The notes under the pieces were generated by a model that worked only from the letters and a program-made list of their open reading frames with translations, had not been told where the DNA came from and searched no databases. Shown here in pieces: positions 10,552 to 20,912 of a DNA stretch of 32,000 bases. Position 1 is the first letter of the stretch, and the number at the start of each line of letters is the position of its first letter. Source of the DNA: Candidatus Arthromitus sp. SFB-rat-Yit (GTDB lineage Bacteria; Bacillota; Clostridia; Clostridiales; Clostridiaceae); the NCBI RefSeq assembly GCF_000283555.1, contig NC_016012.1:390001-422000 (forward strand), given 5' to 3'. The translations under genes were made by a program, and so were the position numbers.

Positions 10552-10899
10552 GTGATAAATGTAGAATTGATATATAATGAAGATAAACTTTTTGGATTTA
10601 AGGTTTATGGTCATTCGGGATATGATGTATCAGGAAGGGATATTGTTTGTGCTGCAGTTTCTTCTGTTACGCAGAGTGTTATAGTTGGATTAGATAAGGT
10701 TATTTGCAATAAGTTTTATTTACGTATTGATAATAAAAAACCATTAATTCATGTTGATGTATCTAATTATAATGAAGAAGATATGGAAAAGGCACAGATA
10801 CTGTTACAAACTTTTAAATATACACTAAAAGAATTAGTTGATGAGTATAAGGATTATGTAAAAATAGAAATGAAGGAGGATAAAAAGGATGAAATTTGA
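10552..10899 (+). CDS. prp: Ribosomal-processing cysteine protease Prp (YsxB family)
   Basis: It lies between rplU and rpmA. It has the conserved His (VYGHSGY) and Cys ([11 protein letters not shown]) dyad typical of Prp. Confidence 0.85.
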   Translation: MINVELIYNEDKLFGFKVYGHSGYDVSGRDIVCAAVSSVTQSVIVGLDKVICNKFYLRIDNKKPLIHVDVSNYNEEDMEKAQILLQTFKYTLKELVDEYKDYVKIEMKEDKKDEI

Positions 10900-11176
10900 T
10901 ATTCAATTGTTTGCATCTAAAAAAGGTGTAGGTAGTTCTAAGAATGGTAGAGAGAGTCATTCAAAGAGATTAGGAGTTAAAAGATCAGATGGTCAGTTTG
11001 TTTTAGCTGGTAATATATTGATGAGGCAAAGAGGTACTAAAATACATCCAGGTTTTAATGTAGGATTAGGTAAAGATCATACTCTTTTTGCAAAAGTTGA
11101 TGGTGTTGTGAGATTTGAGACATTTGGTAAAGATAGAAAAAGAGCTAGTGTTTATCCAATTGAAGTTACTATATAG
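10889..11176 (+). CDS. rpmA: 50S ribosomal protein L27 with an N-terminal propeptide
   Basis: [31 protein letters not shown] carries the Firmicute extension before the conserved ASKKG. It overlaps the prp 3' end by 11 nt. RBS GGAGG lies at 10875-10879. Confidence 0.95.
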   Translation: MKFDIQLFASKKGVGSSKNGRESHSKRLGVKRSDGQFVLAGNILMRQRGTKIHPGFNVGLGKDHTLFAKVDGVVRFETFGKDRKRASVYPIEVTI

Positions 11177-11196
11177 ATTTAAATTGTTTGTTTAAG

Positions 11197-11231
11197 GGAT
11201 GATTAATTGATGTTAATCATCCTAATTTTTT
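11197..11231 (+). terminator. Intrinsic terminator after rpmA
   Basis: GGATGATTAA (11197-11206) pairs with TTAATCATCC (11213-11222) across a 6-nt loop, followed by TAATTTTTT. Confidence 0.6.
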
Positions 11232-11237
11232 AATTAG

Positions 11238-12554
<1,317 letters not shown>

Positions 12555-12577
12555 ATATTTTAATCGGGGTGTTTGAA

Positions 12578-13180
12578 TTGAAGATAGGGGTTTTAGGTGG
12601 TACATTTAATCCAGTACATAATGGACACATCAATATAGCTAATAAAATATATAATAAATTCAGGTTAGATAAAGTTTTATTTCTTTTAAATAAAATACCA
12701 CCTCATAAAGATTGTAAAGATATTTTAAGTGATGATGTTAGGCTTGAAATGTTAAAAAGAGCTATTAAATGTTACGATTATTTTGATATTGAGTATTATG
12801 AGTTGAAAAATGATTATGTATCTTATACGTATGAAAGCCTGGAATATTTAAAAAATTGTTTTGGTAATAGCGAATTATTTTTTATAATTGGTTCGGATAA
12901 TTTAATTAATTTTGGAAATTGGAAGAAAATTGATAGTATATTTAAAAGTGCAGTGATTGTGGTTTATTTGAGAGATAATAACCATCTAGAGCGTATTTTA
13001 GATATTAAAAATTATTATAAATATACTTATGATGCGCATATAGAGATTTTTTTGGGAGATATAATTGATGTATCTTCAACTGAAGTTAGAGAAAAAATCA
13101 CTAAGGGTGAGGATATTTTTAAACTTGTGCCAAATAGTGTTTATGACTATATTATTTCAAAAAAATTGTATTTGGAGTGA
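12578..13180 (+). CDS. nadD: Nicotinate-nucleotide adenylyltransferase NadD
   Basis: The N-terminus KIGVLGGTFNPVHNGH contains the (H/T)xGH motif, and a C-terminal ISSTEVR-like motif (VSSTEVREK) is present. I prefer the TTG at 12578 (GGGGTG upstream); the track start is GTG 12569. Confidence 0.9.
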   Translation: MKIGVLGGTFNPVHNGHINIANKIYNKFRLDKVLFLLNKIPPHKDCKDILSDDVRLEMLKRAIKCYDYFDIEYYELKNDYVSYTYESLEYLKNCFGNSELFFIIGSDNLINFGNWKKIDSIFKSAVIVVYLRDNNHLERILDIKNYYKYTYDAHIEIFLGDIIDVSSTEVREKITKGEDIFKLVPNSVYDYIISKKLYLE

Positions 13181-13183
13181 AGT

Positions 13184-13768
13184 ATGGATTTTTTAGCTAT
13201 TGATAGATACTTAAAGAAGAGTCTTAATAATTTCAGATATGAACATACTCTAAGAGTTGTTGATATGGGTATGATTTTATGTGATAAATTTTTTTGTTGT
13301 GATAGAGAAAAGATAAAGGCTGCTTGTTATTTTCATGATGCAGGAAAGAATTTGAAAGAGGATGTAATTTTAGAAATTATACTCAATGAAGGTTATGAGC
13401 CTAATGAATATGAACTTGAAAATATACATATTTTTCATGGATTTGCTTCTATGGTGATTGCACGAGATAAATTTAATGTAAGAGATGTTGAAATATTAAA
13501 TGCTATTAAGAATCATGTTACAGGTGTGGAGAATATGTCTGATATTGACAAAATTGTATTTCTTTCAGATTTCTTTGAAATGGGGAGAGATTTTGAGAGA
13601 GTTCATAAATCGAGAGATGCTGCTTTGATTGATTTAAATTTGGATAAGGCTATGTTACTTGCCTATGATTCTATAATTAGTGAGCTTTTAACAAGAGGAA
13701 GATTTATTCATGAAAATACTATAAGGGCAAGGAATTTTATTTTGAGAACTGGTGAAGGGATATTATAA
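13184..13768 (+). CDS. yqeK: HD-domain phosphohydrolase YqeK (bis(5'-nucleosyl)-tetraphosphatase family)
   Basis: It has H...HD metal motifs (YEHTLRV, YFHDAGK) and holds the conserved position directly after nadD. Confidence 0.8.
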   Translation: MDFLAIDRYLKKSLNNFRYEHTLRVVDMGMILCDKFFCCDREKIKAACYFHDAGKNLKEDVILEIILNEGYEPNEYELENIHIFHGFASMVIARDKFNVRDVEILNAIKNHVTGVENMSDIDKIVFLSDFFEMGRDFERVHKSRDAALIDLNLDKAMLLAYDSIISELLTRGRFIHENTIRARNFILRTGEGIL

Positions 13769-13770
13769 AA

Positions 13771-14670
13771 TTGGATTTTTTAAAATATGAAATTTTGGAT
13801 GAAATTGATGGCGTGAAAATTAGAGATTATTTGAGATATGATAAGAAACTGAGTTCTAGGTTTATTAAGCAAGCTGCGATTGAGAGAAGAATATTTGTTA
13901 ATAATTCAAGTGTTAAACTCAATTATTATTTAAAAAAGGGTGACAAGATAAAAATAGATATATATAGGAAGAATGAAATTCAAAATATTTATCCAATCAA
14001 AGTTGATTTTGAAATTGTATACGAAGATAGGTTTATTTTGGTTGTAAATAAACCTAAGGATTTAGTTGTATATCCAAGTAAGAGTCATGATATATCTTTA
14101 TCCAATGGTGTAATGTATTATTTTAAGGTTAATAATATTGACTCGATCGTAAGACCTGTAAATAGGTTAGATATGAATACAACAGGTCTTTTGGTTATAG
14201 CTAAAAATCAATATTCTCATATGTTTTTATCTAATTGTATGCAGGATAATACTTTTCATAAAGAATATATTGCTATTGTTGAAGGGAATCTTAAAAATAC
14301 TAGAGGAGTTATTGAAAAAAATATTTTCAGACCTTCTGAAGATTCAGTAAAAAGATCTGTACATGATACTTGTGGTAAATTTGCAAGAACTATATATGAA
14401 GTTGTAGATAGATTTGATAATTGTGATTTAGTCAGGGTTAAGATAGAAACAGGTAGGACTCATCAAATACGTGTACATATGAGTTATCTTGGGAATCCAA
14501 TTGTTGGAGATGTTATGTATGGCAGTTGTATATATGTACCTCGATATTTGTTACATGCATATAAAATTAAATTTCTTCATCCATATACATTTAATATGGT
14601 TGAGTTTCGATCTTATATTCCAAGTGATATGAGTGAATATATAAAAGGTCAAAATAATCTTAATATTTAG
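13771..14670 (+). CDS. RluA-family 23S rRNA pseudouridine synthase (RluD-like, with an N-terminal S4-like domain)
   Basis: The catalytic motif is RLDMNTTGLLV (RLDxxTSG with the catalytic Asp). HQIRVHMSYLGNPIVGD is also present. Confidence 0.85.
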   Translation: MDFLKYEILDEIDGVKIRDYLRYDKKLSSRFIKQAAIERRIFVNNSSVKLNYYLKKGDKIKIDIYRKNEIQNIYPIKVDFEIVYEDRFILVVNKPKDLVVYPSKSHDISLSNGVMYYFKVNNIDSIVRPVNRLDMNTTGLLVIAKNQYSHMFLSNCMQDNTFHKEYIAIVEGNLKNTRGVIEKNIFRPSEDSVKRSVHDTCGKFARTIYEVVDRFDNCDLVRVKIETGRTHQIRVHMSYLGNPIVGDVMYGSCIYVPRYLLHAYKIKFLHPYTFNMVEFRSYIPSDMSEYIKGQNNLNI

Positions 14671-14686
14671 ATTATTTTGACCTTTT
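14643..14686. terminator. Bidirectional intrinsic terminator shared by two convergent genes
   Basis: A perfect 17-bp inverted repeat, AAAAGGTCAAAATAATC (14643-14659) with GATTATTTTGACCTTTT (14670-14686) and a 10-nt loop. It spans the stop codons of both the pseudouridine synthase (14668-14670) and the carboxypeptidase (14685-14687). Confidence 0.7.
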
Positions 14687-15545
14687 ATTTTGATGAAATG
14701 CTTACTTTTTTAACTTTGCTAAAACCATAATTAAATAGGTTTATTATGTCTTGAAGATATTCATCTTTACTCGAGGCTTTTAATGCCACAGCTATTAAAT
14801 CAACATTATTATTTCTTGCAGATGCTGCAAATGTATATTGAGCTGGCGTTGTAAAACCTGTTTTACCTAAGAGTGCATGCTTATAATAATATTTTCCATT
14901 TTTTAAGAGTAACTGGTTTTGGTTGTATATGTTAAAGGAATCTCCATTTATTCCAAGTATATCGTGTGATTTTGAAGTAGATATTTCTATAAATTTTTTG
15001 TTTTTAATAGCATAAGATAAAATTTTGCTTAAATCATATGCACATGTGTAATGTTTGTCGTTATGTAAACCGCTTGCATTTACAAAATTTGAATGATTTG
15101 CCCCTATAAGTTTAGCTTTTTTATTCATTAACTTTGAGAAATTTTCTTCAGATCCGCATGTATGTTCAGCTAAAGCTATTGCACAATCATTTCCTGAATT
15201 CAATAGTAATCCATATAATAAATCCTCAACTGTGTATAAACCATCTTGATATAGTCCAACTTTAGTACCGTTTATGTTTGAAGCTTTTTTGGAAACTCTA
15301 ACTCTTTCATTTAAGTCGAGGGTTTCTAATACAACTATTGCAGTCAAAATTTTTGTTGTTGATGCGGGATAAAATTTATCGTATGCATTTTTTTCGTATA
15401 TTACATTAGATGTTTGATGTGTCATAAGTATTGCAGATTTACTATTTATTATTATGTTTGTATCTATTAAAGATTTTGATTCTATTGGTAATGATACAAA
15501 ATTTAATAATAGTGATATAAAAATCAACTTACATAATGTTTTCAT
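14685..15545 (-). CDS. Serine-type D-Ala-D-Ala carboxypeptidase (S11, low-molecular-weight PBP)
   Basis: It has a signal peptide and the motifs SxxK (ASTTK), SxN (NSGND) and KTG (GKTGFT). RBS GGAGG lies 5 nt before the ATG. Confidence 0.85.
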   Translation of the reverse strand: MKTLCKLIFISLLLNFVSLPIESKSLIDTNIIINSKSAILMTHQTSNVIYEKNAYDKFYPASTTKILTAIVVLETLDLNERVRVSKKASNINGTKVGLYQDGLYTVEDLLYGLLLNSGNDCAIALAEHTCGSEENFSKLMNKKAKLIGANHSNFVNASGLHNDKHYTCAYDLSKILSYAIKNKKFIEISTSKSHDILGINGDSFNIYNQNQLLLKNGKYYYKHALLGKTGFTTPAQYTFAASARNNNVDLIAVALKASSKDEYLQDIINLFNYGFSKVKKVSISSK

Positions 15546-15709
15546 TTAATCCTCCAGAATAAAAATTAAAAGCATTCTTTATTATTTGCAAATTAAATTT
15601 AAATTATAAATTATTACAATTATATATTTTGTAAAAAGTTTAGTATTTTTTGTTTAAATAATATTAAAAAATGGAATTAATATTAAAAATTATTTTATTG
15701 GGGTATGGT

Positions 15710-16408
15710 ATGTTAAAAAAGGATAATTTAATTAAAATTTTATCTATGGTGATAGTAGGTATTGTATTTTTATCTGTATTTATTATTTATAATAAATCAT
15801 CTGAAAATGCACATAAAGAAGTTGTTTCTTTAAATGAATTTATTCATGAAGATGAAAAACAAGATGGTGGAGATGGAGATAGTGGAGATGGAGATAGTAT
15901 TGAGGCAAGTTTATATGTAGAAAATGATGAGTATATTAAGAAGAGTATTTTTGTTGAAGTGAAAGGCGAGGTCTTAAAACCAGATGTTTATAAAATGGAA
16001 GAGGGAAGTATTGTTTACGATTTGATTTCAATAGCAGGTGGTATAACAGATAAAGGAAGCCTTGATAACATTAATCAAGCACGTGAAATTAAAAATGGAG
16101 AGTGTATTGTTGTACAATCTATAGATGATATTTCAAATTTGCACAATGGTGATTTGTTAAATAACAAATTGAATACAGAAACGATAGGTGTAGAAAATAA
16201 AAAAGATGTAGTATCATCCATTATTAACATTAATACTGCATCAAAAGAAGAACTTAAGAGTTTAAATGGAATTGGGGATGTTTTGGCAGATTCGATTATA
16301 GAGTATAGGGAAGAAAATGGTGAATTTAAATCGGTTGAAGATATAAAAAATATACCTCGTATTGGGAGTAAGACTTTTGAAAAATTTAAGGATAAAATAG
16401 CTGTTTAA
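15710..16408 (+). CDS. comEA: Competence protein ComEA (membrane-anchored DNA-binding protein, SLBB + HhH)
   Basis: It has an N-terminal TM segment, an SLBB-like segment (VEVKGEVLKPDVYKMEEGSIVYDLISIAGG) and a C-terminal helix-hairpin-helix pair (INTASKEELKSLNGIGDVLADSII...IPRIGSKTFEK). The start is ATG 15710 or the upstream ATG 15671. Confidence 0.8.
   Translation: MLKKDNLIKILSMVIVGIVFLSVFIIYNKSSENAHKEVVSLNEFIHEDEKQDGGDGDSGDGDSIEASLYVENDEYIKKSIFVEVKGEVLKPDVYKMEEGSIVYDLISIAGGITDKGSLDNINQAREIKNGECIVVQSIDDISNLHNGDLLNNKLNTETIGVENKKDVVSSIININTASKEELKSLNGIGDVLADSIIEYREENGEFKSVEDIKNIPRIGSKTFEKFKDKIAV
15869..15898 (+). repeat. 15-bp in-frame tandem duplication in the comEA linker
   Basis: ggagatggagatagt occurs twice and encodes GDGDSGDGDS in the acidic linker. 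Confidence 0.9.
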
Positions 16409-16433
16409 AATAATATTTAAAGTATGTTATAAT
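16405..16433 (+). promoter_or_regulatory. Candidate promoter of the sel operon (extended -10)
   Basis: TGtTATAAT lies at 16425-16433, with a weak -35 (TTAAAA) at 16405-16410 and a 17-nt spacer. Confidence 0.35.
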
Positions 16434-16468
16434 TTAATTCACTAATGTTTAGAGGAGGGATTTTTAGG

Positions 16469-17500
16469 ATGTATGAAAAATATAAACTCACACAACTTAG
16501 TCAAACTTCTGGATGAGGTGCTAAAATAGAACCGGGGGTTCTTTCGAATATTTTAAATAAATTACCAGTTTTTGATGATAAAAATTTAATAGTTGGATTT
16601 GAAAGTAGTGATGATGCAGCTGTATATAAGTTTGATGATAATTTGGGAATTATATCGACTTTGGATTTTTTTACTCCAATAGTTGATGATCCATATATTT
16701 TTGGGCAAATTGCTGCTGCTAATGCGTTAAGTGATGTTTATGCTATGGGTGGTGTTCCTGTACTTTGTTTAAATATTGTTGGTTTTCCTAAATCTCTTCC
16801 TATCGAAATTTTATATGAGATTTTAAGGGGCGGTGCAGATAAGGTAAAAGAAGCAGGTGCTATTGTAACTGGAGGTCATTCGATTCAGGATAATGAGCCC
16901 AAATATGGTCTTTCTATCATTGGTAAGGTACTTCCAGATCGTATTTATAAAAACTATGGTGCGAAACCTGGGGACAAACTTGTTTTAACTAAAAAGCTTG
17001 GAGTTGGAGCACTTATTAAAGCGATAAAAAAAGAGGTTTGCTCTCAGAAAGGTTACAATGATGCTGTAGAATCAATGATTATTTTAAATAAATATGCGTA
17101 TGAGGCTTCTATTGGATTGAGAATAAATGCTTGTACTGATATAACAGGATTTTCTCTTTTGGGTCATGGATATGAAATGGCATCTGCATCTAAAGTTTCG
17201 TTATATTTAGATAAAAATAGTATTCCAATTATTGAAAGTTCTATTGAATATGTTAAAGATGGGATTATTCCAGGGGGTACATATACAAATAAGAAATATT
17301 TAGTTAATGATGTTTTTTGCGACTGCGAAGATTGGCTTGAAAATATACTGTTTGAACCTCAAACTTCTGGGGGATTATTATTTTCAATCGAAGCGGAAGA
17401 TTTAGATAAATTTAAGAAAAATTTAGAAGAGAAACATGTGTTTTATAAAGTTATTGGTGAGGTTAGAGAGTTTAAAGATAAATTTTTATATGTAAGATAA
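16469..17500 (+). CDS. selD: Selenophosphate synthetase SelD, selenocysteine-containing (in-frame TGA at 16514-16516)
   Basis: ATG 16469 is preceded by AGGAGGG. Reading through the TGA gives MYEKYKLTQLSQTSG-U-GAKIEPGVLSNIL, contiguous and in frame with track ORF 16643-17500. The motif SGUGAK aligns with E. coli SelD GAGCGCK (Cys17/Lys20). selA and selB lie downstream. Confidence 0.9.
16514..16545 (+). promoter_or_regulatory. UGA recoding site plus bacterial SECIS-like hairpin
   Basis: AGAACC (16528-16533) and GGTTCT (16537-16542) flank a GGG loop. The apical loop lies about 21 nt 3' of the UGA and is G-rich, as expected for SelB-binding SECIS elements. Confidence 0.6.
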
Positions 17501-17510
17501 AAGGAATGAT

Positions 17511-18899
17511 GTGTTATTGAACGATTTATATAAGAAAATTCCTAAGATTGATGAATTATTAAGATTAGATAATGTTAAGGAAGCACTTGACTTATATCCA
17601 AGGGAAGCTATATTAAATATACTTAGAAATATTTTAAGTACATATAGAAAAATGATTAAATTTGGGAATCAACTCGATGTGAGTATTAAAACAATATCAC
17701 AGACATTTGAATATGAGCTGTATAAGGAATTTAGGTATAGTATTAGAAGAGTTATTAATGCAACTGGAGTAATTATACATACAAATCTTGGAAGAAGTAA
17801 AATATGTAAAGATGGAATTAATCATATGATTGAGGTTGCAGAAAATTATTCAAATTTAGAGTATAATCTAGAAGAAGGAACAAGGGGAAATAGATATTCT
17901 CATATTGAAGAAATAATATGCAAGGTTCTTGGGTGTGAATCAGCTATTGTTGTGAATAATAATGCGGCTGCTATAATGCTTGTATTAGATACTTTATGTA
18001 AGAATACGGAGGTTATTGTTTCAAGAGGTGAACTCGTTGAGATTGGAGGATCTTTTAGAATACCTAATGTTATGAAGTTTAGTGGAGCTATATTAAAAGA
18101 GGTAGGTTGCACTAATAGAACTCATTTGTTTGATTATGAAAATGAAATAAATGATAATACAAGTGCATTTCTTAAGGTTCACACTTCTAATTATTATATT
18201 GAGGGTTTTGAGAAAAAGGTAAGTATTAAAGAGTTGAGCACTCTTAAGGAAAGGTATAATAAAATAATAATTGAAGATATTGGAAGTGGATCTATAATAG
18301 ATTTGTCTAAATATGGAATTAAGTCTGAGGAGAGTTTGGTTCAAAAATCTTTATGTGATGGTGCGGATATTGTTACTTTTAGTGGGGACAAAATGCTTGG
18401 TGGACCTCAAGCAGGAATTATTGTTGGGAGAAAACATTTGATTGATAAGATGAAAAAGAATCATTTGTTAAGAGCTTTGAGGGTTGATAAATTTATTCTT
18501 GCTTCATTGGAATCTACTTTTAGGTGTTATTTAGATGAAAAATTTGCAGTTAAAAATATACCGACACTTAGAATGATTACATATAAATTTGAATTCTTAA
18601 AAAAAAATGCTTTGAAACTATTTAATAAACTTAATGGAATAGATGGATTTAATATAGAAGTTGGTGAAGGATTTTCTATTATAGGTGGGGGGTCTATGCC
18701 GAAAGAAAAGATAAAAACTTATGTTTTGATGGTAAAGCATAAATTTATGTCTGCGTATGAAGTTGAGAAAAGACTTAGATATAATATTATTCCAATTATA
18801 GTTAGAGTTGAAGATGGGTTTGTTAAGCTTGATGTTCGGACTATAGAAGAATTTGAGTTTGATGAAATTTATAATGCATTTGTTAAACTGAGGTGTTGA
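17511..18899 (+). CDS. selA: L-seryl-tRNA(Sec) selenium transferase SelA
   Basis: The PLP-lysine motif FSGDKMLGGPQAGII matches E. coli SelA FSGDKLLGGPQAG. It is 462 aa and lies between selD and selB. Confidence 0.9.
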   Translation: MLLNDLYKKIPKIDELLRLDNVKEALDLYPREAILNILRNILSTYRKMIKFGNQLDVSIKTISQTFEYELYKEFRYSIRRVINATGVIIHTNLGRSKICKDGINHMIEVAENYSNLEYNLEEGTRGNRYSHIEEIICKVLGCESAIVVNNNAAAIMLVLDTLCKNTEVIVSRGELVEIGGSFRIPNVMKFSGAILKEVGCTNRTHLFDYENEINDNTSAFLKVHTSNYYIEGFEKKVSIKELSTLKERYNKIIIEDIGSGSIIDLSKYGIKSEESLVQKSLCDGADIVTFSGDKMLGGPQAGIIVGRKHLIDKMKKNHLLRALRVDKFILASLESTFRCYLDEKFAVKNIPTLRMITYKFEFLKKNALKLFNKLNGIDGFNIEVGEGFSIIGGGSMPKEKIKTYVLMVKHKFMSAYEVEKRLRYNIIPIIVRVEDGFVKLDVRTIEEFEFDEIYNAFVKLRC

Positions 18900-18903
18900 A
18901 GGA

Positions 18904-20805
18904 TTGAAAAATATTATATTGGGAACGGCTGGGCATATTGATCATGGTAAGACATCGCTTATAAAATATTTAACTAACATTGATACTGATTCATTAGAAG
19001 AAGAGAAAAGAAGAGGGATATCTATAAATTTGGGATTTGCTTTTTTTGATCTACCATGTGGTAGTAGAGTTGGTGTTATAGATGTTCCAGGTCATGAAAA
19101 ATTCATTAAAAATATGATAGCAGGTTCAGTTGGGATTGATATAGTTCTTTTGGTTATTGCTTGTGATGAAGGGGTAAAACCTCAAACTAGGGAACATATA
19201 GATATTTTAAATATTTTGAATGTTAATAAAGGAATAGTTGTACTAACTAAGAGAGATTTAGTTGATGATGAATGGTATGACTTTATAAAAAATGATATAG
19301 AAAATGAATTAAAGGGAACTTTTTTAAAAAATTCTACCATAATAGGATTTTCATCTAAGAGTGGACATGGGTATGATGAGCTTATAAATGAGATAGAGAG
19401 ATTGATGAGATATGACGATTATAAAAGATCTCATGGAATATTTAGAATGTCAATTGATAGGTGCTTTAGTGTAAGTGGATTTGGTACTGTTATTACAGGA
19501 ACTGTAATATCTGGGAAAGTATGTTTAAATGATAGTTTATTTATATATCCATTAGGAATTGAATGTAAGGTGCGAAATATTCAAGTTTATGAGGAAAATA
19601 AAAAAGAGGCATTTTCTGGACAAAGGTGTGCGATAAATTTATCTAGTGTTAAGAAGGAAATAAAGAGAGGATATGTTGTATCTACAAATCCAACATTTGA
19701 CTTAAGTTATATTATAGACTGTAAATTTTATTCAGTTAAGAATTTAGATAAAAATATAATAAATGGTCAGAGGATACGTTTTCTTCATGGAACTAGTGAA
19801 GTTATTGGAAGGATGTATATTTTAGATAAACATGAGATTGTAAAAAATTCAGAGGCTTATGTTCAGATTCGTTTAGAGAAACCAGTTTTATGTTTAAAAC
19901 ACGATAGATATGTAATTAGGATGTATTCTCCTATGGTAACTATCGGTGGGGGTTATGTTATAAGTGCATTATCAAAAAGGGTTAATGGTAATAATGAAAA
20001 ATATTTAGAGGAAGTTAAGTTAAAAGAGAAAGAAGTAAGCGAAGATTATTTGTCCTTATTAATTGAGAAGGATAGGAATTATATAATTGATCTTAATTAT
20101 ATTTGTAAAAATCATTTATTAATAGAAGATGAAATTTTGCCAAAACTTGATAGATTAATTGATAAAGGTGTACTGGTTTGTTTTTTTGATGGTAATAGTA
20201 AATATTTTATTCATAAAAATAATTTAAATAAGATTTATTCTAAAATTGAGGAGATACTTACTAAATATCATTCTGAAAATAAATTTAGAATTGGTTTTTT
20301 AAAAGAAGAATTAAGAGAAAAGTTAAATTTTAAGGGAATAAAATCTAAGATTTATCTACTTATGCTCAATTATTTTGAAAATATGGGATATATAAATATG
20401 ACATTAAAGTATATTTCTCTTAGTAATTTTAAAATAGAATTATCGAATGATGAAAATAAAATAATTAATGGGATTATCGATGAATATAAGAGTAATAAAT
20501 TTATACCACCTAAAATTAAGGATTTGGAAAATAAATTCAATTGTAGAGATTTTATGGAAATACATCATTATTTAGAGGAGATAGGAATTTTATATAAAAT
20601 TAATTTGCAGATGTATCTTTTGAATGAAGATTTTATATTCGCAAAAGATGAGATAATTAATTTTATAAAGAGAAATGGATTTATTGATCTTAATTTAGTT
20701 AAGGAACTTTTAAATTCTAACAGGAAATATTCTGTATTACTTCTTGAACACTTAGATGAGTTAAAAATAACTATAAGAAAAGATAATAAAAGGATTTTAA
20801 TTTAA
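18904..20805 (+). CDS. selB: Selenocysteine-specific elongation factor SelB
   Basis: G domain motifs are GTAGHIDHGKTSL, DVPGHEKF and LTKRD. A long C-terminal winged-helix extension follows (633 aa in total). Confidence 0.9.
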   Translation: MKNIILGTAGHIDHGKTSLIKYLTNIDTDSLEEEKRRGISINLGFAFFDLPCGSRVGVIDVPGHEKFIKNMIAGSVGIDIVLLVIACDEGVKPQTREHIDILNILNVNKGIVVLTKRDLVDDEWYDFIKNDIENELKGTFLKNSTIIGFSSKSGHGYDELINEIERLMRYDDYKRSHGIFRMSIDRCFSVSGFGTVITGTVISGKVCLNDSLFIYPLGIECKVRNIQVYEENKKEAFSGQRCAINLSSVKKEIKRGYVVSTNPTFDLSYIIDCKFYSVKNLDKNIINGQRIRFLHGTSEVIGRMYILDKHEIVKNSEAYVQIRLEKPVLCLKHDRYVIRMYSPMVTIGGGYVISALSKRVNGNNEKYLEEVKLKEKEVSEDYLSLLIEKDRNYIIDLNYICKNHLLIEDEILPKLDRLIDKGVLVCFFDGNSKYFIHKNNLNKIYSKIEEILTKYHSENKFRIGFLKEELREKLNFKGIKSKIYLLMLNYFENMGYINMTLKYISLSNFKIELSNDENKIINGIIDEYKSNKFIPPKIKDLENKFNCRDFMEIHHYLEEIGILYKINLQMYLLNEDFIFAKDEIINFIKRNGFIDLNLVKELLNSNRKYSVLLLEHLDELKITIRKDNKRILI

Positions 20806-20806
20806 A

Positions 20807-20838
20807 GGGAGTGCATTTTAATGCACCCCTTCTTTTTG
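20807..20838 (+). terminator. Intrinsic terminator after selB
   Basis: GGGaGTGCAT (20807-20816) pairs with ATGCACCCC (20821-20829) across loop TTTA with one bulged A, followed by TTCTTTTTGTTTTT. Confidence 0.75.
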
Positions 20839-20912
20839 TTTTTAAATAAATATTATTATATGTTTGTGTGAATTTTTAAATTTTAAATGGAGAAAATAAT
20901 CTTGATATATGG

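Noticed and set aside
16643-17500. selD as a truncated or pseudogenised 285-aa ORF.
   Set aside because: The upstream 58 codons are in frame and conserved, and the single TGA aligns with the catalytic Cys/Sec position. It is a Sec codon, not a disruption.
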